A stretch of DNA of 22,738 nucleotides from Bdellovibrionota bacterium (lineage in GTDB: Bacteria; Bdellovibrionota_C; UBA2361). A program made the translations under genes and the position numbers. Position 1 is the first letter of the stretch, and each line of letters starts with the position of its first letter. This document shows positions 16,572 to 22,738 of this stretch, in pieces. The notes beneath the pieces are model-generated. The model saw only the letters and a list, made by a program, of their open reading frames with translations, did no database searches and was not told where the DNA came from. The DNA lies in contig JBILDU010000042.1 of assembly GCA_044352465.1 (NCBI GenBank), positions 1-22,738 of the forward strand, read 5' to 3'.

Positions 16572-18637
16572 GCAGGACACTCTCCGCCTGGAAGAGTTGG
16601 TTAAGCGTAGCCACGCCGCGACCCCCGCTTGACCACCCTCAAGCCTTCAGTGCGCACTGGCTTACCCGCTTCCGCATCTTCATCGCACTCAGTGCGCTCG
16701 TTATCATCCACTTTGCGAGCACGCTTCTGTTCGCTCCTGTCGCGGGGGTCGATCGTGAGGCCTGGCTACTGAGCTTCGGTGTCTACCTGCTCTTTATAGC
16801 CGTGCCCCACTTTCGCCTCCCGTACGAGCTGCGGCGGATAGCGACACTTGGTGCATACCTGATCGACCTATGTGCAATCACCGGATTGGTCTACTTGACC
16901 GGCGGCCCATTCTCTCCCTTTCTGTTTCTATTTCTTCCCGTCGTGGGATTCGTTGCTGCGACCGAGTCACGGCGAGCGGGGCTCTGGTGCTCCGCGATCG
17001 GAATAGGTTTGTACAGCCTCCTAGCGGGTGCCTTACAGGTCGGCGCGCTCGCTCTGGTGGATGGGACGGTGCTCCACGCGGGGCCACCCGGCGGACTCCT
17101 TCTCCAGATCATCGGACTCGGTTCGGGCATGATACTTACCGTTATCGGGGCAAGTTTTCTCGCGCTCCGCATGACCGCACAGTCGGTGATTGCGGCTTCG
17201 TCGACCGCTCTCGCCGTCGAACAACGGGAGCTTCTCGAACAGATCCCCGATGGCATCATCCGACTCCGCCTCGATGGAACGATTGAGTACCTCAACGAGG
17301 CAGCCGCAACGCTTCTGGGCGCAACGAGCGACCGCCTCCGCGGACGATCACTCCGTGACTATCTCATTGCCCACGGTGCAGATACGCTTATCGAGCTGTT
17401 GCCCAGCGAGAGTCTTTGCACAACCGATCTCACGATCACCGCTCCCAATTCGAACGAGACCCGTCACTTCAGCTGCATCGCTCGACCGTGCTACAACCGG
17501 CGCCACGAGCTCGTTGGTGCGTTCATTATCTTACGGGACATGACTACCCTGCGAACTGCTCAGGAGCAGCTCGAGATTCAAGAGCGCATGGCTCGCCTTC
17601 TGGCGACGACCGATGCGGATGAAAGCTTCCAACGGCACTCGACGCGCGTGAAAGGGTTTGTTGGTGAGAGCGCCGTCATGCAACGTATCTTTACGTTGAT
17701 TGAGCGAGTAGCGAAATTCGATGCAACGGTTCTCATCAGCGGGGAATCGGGCACCGGGAAGGAGCTCGTCGCCCGGGCGATTCACCTCGGCAGCGCCTAT
17801 GCGAGCGGTCCCTTCGTCGCGGTGAACTGCGGCGCAATTCCGGAAGCGCTCCTTGAGAGCGAGCTCTTTGGGCATAAACGAGGGGCGTTTACGGGTGCTG
17901 AGAGCGAGGCGCTCGGTCTTTTTCGGCGCGCCGATGGCGGCACCATTTTTCTTGATGAGATCGGCGAGCTCCCTTTATCGATGCAGGCCAAGCTCCTGCG
18001 CGTGGTTCAAGAGAAACAGGTGCGACCAGTTGGCGGAGATAGCGATATCCCGATTCGGGTGCGGGTGATCGCGGCGACTAATCGCAACCTTCGGGCCGAA
18101 GTGCGCGCTGCACGATTTCGTGAAGATCTCTTCTATCGGCTCAACGTCGTGAGTATCGCGCTCCCCCCGCTCCGGGATCGACGAGAAGATATCCCCCCGC
18201 TTGTGGATTCGCTTTTGCGCCAGCTGTGCCGCGGCAAGGCGGCGCTCCCGGTGGTACCTCCAGCAACCATGCAAGCGCTGATGGGATACAATTACCCCGG
18301 GAACGTCCGCGAACTTGAGAATGTCCTTGAGCGCGCGCTTGTCTTCGGAGGAGAGGTCATCCTTCCCGAACACCTCGCTGAACAGGTGCGGGGTTTGGGC
18401 ACTGCGTCGGTGGAAGAGCCTCCCCCTCAACGCGAAACGGAAATCATTTTCGCGAACGAGATTCAATTTCCCCTCGACCTCGACGCTATCCTCGCGGATA
18501 CCGAGCGACGCTACCTCGAACTTGCACTCGTCCAAACAAACGGGGCCAAGAAGAAGGCGGCGGATCTTCTTGGTCTCAATTTCCGCTCCTTCCGATACCG
18601 ACTTCAAAAATTCAATATCGCGAGCGAAGGCGATTAG
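16568..18637 (+). CDS. PilS(TM+PAS)-PilR(AAA+/HTH) fusion: membrane-bound one-component sigma54 activator
   Basis: PilS-type TM motif [22 protein letters not shown] ([23 protein letters not shown]); then [35 protein letters not shown]; PilR-type [19 protein letters not shown] overlap with pilC. Confidence 0.9.
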   Translation: MSRTLSAWKSWLSVATPRPPLDHPQAFSAHWLTRFRIFIALSALVIIHFASTLLFAPVAGVDREAWLLSFGVYLLFIAVPHFRLPYELRRIATLGAYLIDLCAITGLVYLTGGPFSPFLFLFLPVVGFVAATESRRAGLWCSAIGIGLYSLLAGALQVGALALVDGTVLHAGPPGGLLLQIIGLGSGMILTVIGASFLALRMTAQSVIAASSTALAVEQRELLEQIPDGIIRLRLDGTIEYLNEAAATLLGATSDRLRGRSLRDYLIAHGADTLIELLPSESLCTTDLTITAPNSNETRHFSCIARPCYNRRHELVGAFIILRDMTTLRTAQEQLEIQERMARLLATTDADESFQRHSTRVKGFVGESAVMQRIFTLIERVAKFDATVLISGESGTGKELVARAIHLGSAYASGPFVAVNCGAIPEALLESELFGHKRGAFTGAESEALGLFRRADGGTIFLDEIGELPLSMQAKLLRVVQEKQVRPVGGDSDIPIRVRVIAATNRNLRAEVRAARFREDLFYRLNVVSIALPPLRDRREDIPPLVDSLLRQLCRGKAALPVVPPATMQALMGYNYPGNVRELENVLERALVFGGEVILPEHLAEQVRGLGTASVEEPPPQRETEIIFANEIQFPLDLDAILADTERRYLELALVQTNGAKKKAADLLGLNFRSFRYRLQKFNIASEGD

Positions 18638-18742
18638 CACGAACCCGGAGAGCGTCATAGTTTTTGGGAGGGCCCCGACCACCCAAGAGGATAGGCCTCT
18701 TCGAGATCGCAGCGGCCGACCGAGAACGGTTTTTAAGAACCT

Positions 18743-18759
18743 GTAACAAAAAGTGTCAC
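18743..18759 (+). promoter_or_regulatory. Candidate activator (PilR-type) upstream binding site
   Basis: Imperfect palindrome GTAACA-AAAAG-TGTCAC containing GTGTC, about 105-120 bp upstream of the -24 element. Confidence 0.5.
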
Positions 18760-18812
18760 TGGTGCCGTTTTTTTGCATCTTAACGGAGCTAAATCGTCGG
18801 TGCACCCCGCGC

Positions 18813-18825
18813 TAAGTGATTGATT
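18813..18825 (-). promoter_or_regulatory. Putative IHF binding site
   Basis: Minus strand AATCAATCACTTA matches WATCAANNNNTTR exactly; lies between the UAS and the sigma54 core. Confidence 0.65.
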
Positions 18826-18862
18826 TGTCGACTATAAGAGAAAGGGCTCAACTTTTTGTCTG

Positions 18863-18878
18863 TGGCATCCGACTTGCT
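18863..18878 (+). promoter_or_regulatory. sigma54 (-24/-12) promoter of pilA
   Basis: TGGCATCCGACTTGCT, GG-N10-GC; expected upstream of pilA in PilR-controlled loci. Confidence 0.85.
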
Positions 18879-19039
18879 TGGGTGATTATCAGGGAAAAGA
18901 GCGCAAGGACACGCTGGGCCTTTTGGGCGGTACGGGGCGACACAGTCGCAGCGGAATCCGACGCCAGGGAGAAGGTAGGTCACTCCGATCCCGGTAGCTT
19001 GGTTTATGTCATAAAACGTCTTAACAAAGGAGACACCAG

Positions 19040-19420
19040 ATGAAGAAGGCTGAAGCGGGATTTACGTTGATCGAACTCCTCGTTGTGGTAGCGATCATCG
19101 GTATCTTAGCTGCGATAGCGATTCCCCAGTTCAACTCTTACCGTCAACGGGGCTACGACTCCGCTGCGCGCTCTGACCTTAGAAACGCGGCAGTGGCTCA
19201 AGAGGCATATTTCGTTCAGAGTAACGAGTATCGTAACTGTACGGACGGCGAGTGTTTGGAGGGCGGTTCCGCGGCTCTCCCAGGTCTGCGCTCGCTCTCA
19301 AACGGCGTAACCCTCTCGATGACGGCGACGACGACCGGGTTCACAGCGACCTCGTCGAACTCGCTCGGCTCCGGGGCAGTTTACACCTGGAACAGCGCGA
19401 ACGGTGGAATGCAGCCGTAA
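19040..19420 (+). CDS. pilA: Type IVa major pilin
   Basis: Class III signal [29 protein letters not shown]; strong AAGGAG RBS; own sigma54 promoter and terminator. Confidence 0.93.
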   Translation: MKKAEAGFTLIELLVVVAIIGILAAIAIPQFNSYRQRGYDSAARSDLRNAAVAQEAYFVQSNEYRNCTDGECLEGGSAALPGLRSLSNGVTLSMTATTTGFTATSSNSLGSGAVYTWNSANGGMQP

Positions 19421-19440
19421 AGAAAGCGGTTCATGCCAGC

Positions 19441-19476
19441 AAAAGACCGGGCCCTCGCAGGCCCGGTCTTTTTTTT
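19441..19476 (+). terminator. Rho-independent terminator after pilA
   Basis: AAAAGACCGGGCC-CTCGCA-GGCCCGGTCTTTT stem ending in an 8-T run. Confidence 0.9.
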
Positions 19477-19553
19477 CGCACCAACCAAACTGAATAGCGC
19501 TGATAAAAAGAGATCCTCGATAGAGCGGGGAATCGCTATACTCAACGATACTC

Positions 19554-21548
19554 ATGGAACGATCAGCCCCACATGTCGGTCGACTTGGCTTGGGGCTCCT
19601 GATCGCCACCTGGTTTTTCGCCACATTATTTACCCCAAGCACGGTGCTTTGGCGCGACTCCGGAGAGTTCATTCTCGCGGGTTTCTTTCTCGATATCGTT
19701 CATCCCCCCGGCTATCCACTCTATGCTCAACTGGCCAATCCGTTCGCCCTTCTTCCAGTCGGTCCGATCGCTTGGCGGGCTCACCTCTTTTCAGGTGCCC
19801 TCGGAGCTCTTTTTCTCTTTAGCCTTACCCTTACCACCGCCCGAATTCTCTCTTTTTTAGGGCTTCATCGATTCACCACTGCCGTCTCCGTTCTTCCAGC
19901 GTTTCTCCTCCTCATGAGCCCTGCGTTTCTCCGCGGACTTCTGTCCGCCGAAGCATACCTGCTCCATGCGGTCCTCATGCTCGCCTTGCTCAATCTCTAT
20001 TGCGTGTACCTGCAAACCACCGATTTACGGCTCTTGATTCTCGCGGGTTTCATCGCTGGCCTCTCACTTGGAAACCACGTCTCGGGCGTTCTTACCTTCA
20101 TTCCGGTGACGATCCTCGTCCTCATCGACATCCGTCGCACTGCGCGGGCGATCCTCCCCGCATTTCTCGCGGCGGTACTCGGGCTCGGAGTGTACGGCTA
20201 CCTCCCGGCACGATCCTTCGCTTCTCCCCCGCTTAATACCGGCGCCCCCCACTCAGTCGAGCGATTTGTCGCCCACATCACGAACGCGCGGGACAGACTC
20301 CTACGCCCCTCGATTCAAGCCATCCCCGGAACAAACATCCCCCGAGAGTCGTGGGACGACCGCCTCTTTCACGCAGCAACTCACGATCTCCGCACCCTCA
20401 GCGGTGAGCTCTCTATCGTCATATTGCTCAGCGCTGGAATAGGAGTTCTTTTTGTCCTTCGTATGCAGCCCCTCTTCGGTGGCATTATTCTCTCTGTCTT
20501 CGGAGGGAATATGTTGTTTTTCTCCGGTTGGGATCCTGACCCGTGGATCATCTCCCTTGCCCTCCTGGCTGTTCTCGCCTCCGTAGCGCTGGCGGCGTTA
20601 CTGCTGAGCAGCCACCGCCCCCTCGTTCGCCTCGTGGTGGCCGGCAGCCTCATCGCGGGAGTCGCACTCACCACACAGAGCCCCACGGTCATCTTGAAGG
20701 CAGCCTCGGTAAGAGGATTCTCTGCTGCCCCGGACGCTGCCCGCTCACTCGTCGACTCACTTCCACACGGTGCCCCGATTATCACCGAAGCCTCGTGGTT
20801 CATCGCACAGTACCTCCACACGATCGAAGGATATCGTGAGGATGTTGTCCCGATCTATCAACCGAGCCTACTGTTCCCTCATCTTTTCGCCCCACTCGAG
20901 ATCAATATTCTCGCTGAGCACCTCTCGTTCACTCCCCATGCGGAGCTCCCTCCCAACGCCCCGGATGAGCAGCAACTCCGAAATTTCATTACAGCCGTCA
21001 GTCGAAGCGGGCCGGTTTTTTTTGAACCAAACCTCGAATTGAACGGCCGTTTTCGGGCCATCGCTCGACTGTCCTCGGAGGGAACAACCCGACTTGAACG
21101 CGATCGATCAAGCGCCCGCGAACAGGGTTACGTTGAGCAGACTTCTCGTTACCTGACTGAATTGCGGGCGGCAGCCGTCAGCGATCCCCTTTTTTTCGGC
21201 ACCGATACGCAGCAGTATCTCGAAACTATCCTCACAAATGCGGCGGATCTTCTCCGCGTCACCGGATATCCGGTCGACGCCCTCACCCTCATCGAACGGG
21301 TGTGCTCAACGGCAACTCCGCGCTGTTCGGCTACGATCGAAGCTAATCGCGCGCTCTACCTCCTCGACACCGAACGGATCCACGAGGCTATCGACGTTAT
21401 TCTTGAGGCCGCGCTTCGGGAGCCGCAGGCGATCCGACGCTTACTCCCTAATCTTCAGCTCGCCCTCTCCCAAATTTCGCCTGAGGAGATCGAGCAACTG
21501 CAACGACATCCCCCCTACAAGACGATAATCGAACAGGCCGGCTTTTAG
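19554..21548 (+). CDS. DUF2723/TMEM260-like GT-C membrane glycosyltransferase
   Basis: WRDSGEF..LDIVHPPGYPLY, SAEAY.L, GLSLGNH, YLPARS..PPLN.G, YLHTIEGYREDV; multiple TMs and a helical (TPR-like) C-terminus. Confidence 0.85.
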   Translation: MERSAPHVGRLGLGLLIATWFFATLFTPSTVLWRDSGEFILAGFFLDIVHPPGYPLYAQLANPFALLPVGPIAWRAHLFSGALGALFLFSLTLTTARILSFLGLHRFTTAVSVLPAFLLLMSPAFLRGLLSAEAYLLHAVLMLALLNLYCVYLQTTDLRLLILAGFIAGLSLGNHVSGVLTFIPVTILVLIDIRRTARAILPAFLAAVLGLGVYGYLPARSFASPPLNTGAPHSVERFVAHITNARDRLLRPSIQAIPGTNIPRESWDDRLFHAATHDLRTLSGELSIVILLSAGIGVLFVLRMQPLFGGIILSVFGGNMLFFSGWDPDPWIISLALLAVLASVALAALLLSSHRPLVRLVVAGSLIAGVALTTQSPTVILKAASVRGFSAAPDAARSLVDSLPHGAPIITEASWFIAQYLHTIEGYREDVVPIYQPSLLFPHLFAPLEINILAEHLSFTPHAELPPNAPDEQQLRNFITAVSRSGPVFFEPNLELNGRFRAIARLSSEGTTRLERDRSSAREQGYVEQTSRYLTELRAAAVSDPLFFGTDTQQYLETILTNAADLLRVTGYPVDALTLIERVCSTATPRCSATIEANRALYLLDTERIHEAIDVILEAALREPQAIRRLLPNLQLALSQISPEEIEQLQRHPPYKTIIEQAGF

Positions 21549-21714
21549 GCGTCATGTTGCCTGCGGGTTCCGAGTGGCCGGGTTATCAGCTCCGGCTGTG
21601 GCTGAAACAGCTCGTATCGGCCCGACGATCTTTCCATTTTGGAACCGCCATTTCTGAAGTATCATCTCATGAAAGGGGTAGCTCTTTTGCTGGCCCGTTT
21701 TAAAATCGCTTTTT

Positions 21715-22738
21715 ATGCAAAAAGATTCCAAAGACTTCCTCTACGAGCTCCTTACCACACCGTCTCCAACCGGCTTTGAAGAGGAGATCCAACACGTCGT
21801 TCGCACCCGCATGGCGCGTTACGCTGACTCCATCGAAACAGACCTCCACGGCAACGTCATCGTGGCGCTCAATCCGAAAGCATCCCGTCGGGTGATGCTC
21901 GCCGGTCACTGTGACCAGATAGGGTTTATGGTGAAGCACATCACCAAAGATGGCTTCATCTATCTTTCCCCCCTCGGCGGTATCGATGCGGGCGTCCTCT
22001 TAGGTACCCACGTCACCATTCACGCCAAACGGGGCGCAGTCCATGGGATCTTTGGACGGAAACCGATTCACCAACAGTCCGCGGAAGAGCGCGATCGGGT
22101 GAAGCTCGACCTCGATAAGATGTGGGTCGACATCGGCGCGAAGACTCAGAAAGAAGCGGAGAAGCGAATCGCTATCGGCGATCCGGTGACGTTTAAACTA
22201 GGGGTCACTGAGCTCGGACCGGACCTCGTGTCCTCGCCCGGGCTCGACAATCGAGTCGGGCTTTTTGTCGCGATGGAGACATTACGCCTCTGCGCCGAAG
22301 AGAAACTTGCGGTCGGGCTCTACAGCGTCAGCACGGTACAAGAGGAAGTTGGACTCCGCGGGGCACGCACCGCAGCTTTTAGCGTCGACCCCGAGGTCGG
22401 CATCGCTATCGACGTGACCCACGCCTCAGACAATCCGGCCAACGACAACGCGAAGGCGGTACCCTGCACGTTGGGTCGCGGCCCCTGCTTTTCGCACGGC
22501 CCCAACACCAATCCGGTGGTGGCCGATATGCTCGTTGCTGCTGCCAAAAAATTGAAGCTTCCGTATCAGCCAGCGCCATCGTCACAGCTCCTCGGCAACG
22601 ATGCCAATGCGATTCAGGTCTCGCGCGGCGGAGTCGCTACCGGTAGTATCGGCATCCCCAACCGCTATATGCATACTCAGGTTGAGGTCTGTAGCCTCTC
22701 CGATCTTGAGAACGCGGCGCGGGTCCTCGCCGGATTCG
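21715..22738 (+). CDS. M42 family metallo-aminopeptidase (runs off the window end)
   Basis: Manual translation MQKDSKDFLYELLTTPSPTGFE..MLAGHCDQIG..LGGID..GLDNRVG..VQEEVGLRGA..IDVTHA..RYMHTQVE; no stop codon in the window. Confidence 0.92.
   Translation, partial: MQKDSKDFLYELLTTPSPTGFEEEIQHVVRTRMARYADSIETDLHGNVIVALNPKASRRVMLAGHCDQIGFMVKHITKDGFIYLSPLGGIDAGVLLGTHVTIHAKRGAVHGIFGRKPIHQQSAEERDRVKLDLDKMWVDIGAKTQKEAEKRIAIGDPVTFKLGVTELGPDLVSSPGLDNRVGLFVAMETLRLCAEEKLAVGLYSVSTVQEEVGLRGARTAAFSVDPEVGIAIDVTHASDNPANDNAKAVPCTLGRGPCFSHGPNTNPVVADMLVAAAKKLKLPYQPAPSSQLLGNDANAIQVSRGGVATGSIGIPNRYMHTQVEVCSLSDLENAARVLAGF

Noticed and set aside
18760..18777. Second sigma54 site TGGTGCCGTTTTTTTGCA
   Set aside because: GG-GC spacing is 12, incompatible with sigma54.
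18889..19010. c-di-GMP-I (GEMM) riboswitch in the pilA leader
   Set aside because: Could not find the GNRA tetraloop/receptor or the conserved GCAAA/P2 pattern by eye; an Infernal scan would settle it.
18816..19043. 75-aa ORF upstream of pilA
   Set aside because: Starts before and spans the IHF/sigma54 promoter, has no RBS and no protein-like features.

Overview
About 57% GC bacterial chromosomal DNA with a deltaproteobacterial-type gene set (inferred from the Geobacter/Myxococcus-like pil cluster and the CxxxY CcmE). From left to right it holds: a tRNA-Ser-derived tandem repeat; a flavin reductase; an orphan sigma54 response regulator with its own IHF/sigma54 promoter; a long minus-strand block (rpoH, catalytically dead M23 protein, System I* ccmE-F-I'-A-B-C-D, engB, membrane-anchored AAA ATPase, acidic ORFan); and a divergent type IVa pilus locus (pilB, pilC, pilS-pilR fusion, pilA, DUF2723/TMEM260-like glycosyltransferase) followed by a truncated M42 peptidase. 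The most striking feature is the pilin regulator. The PilS membrane sensor and PAS domain are fused in frame directly to the PilR AAA+/HTH output, and both the histidine kinase and the receiver domain are missing. A two-component system appears to have collapsed into a phosphorylation-independent, membrane-tethered one-component sigma54 activator, sitting just upstream of a textbook UAS-IHF-sigma54 pilA promoter. The second highlight is a candidate pilin O-glycosylation module (Ser/Thr-rich pilin plus DUF2723 GT-C). All calls come from motif recognition; no database searches were run.
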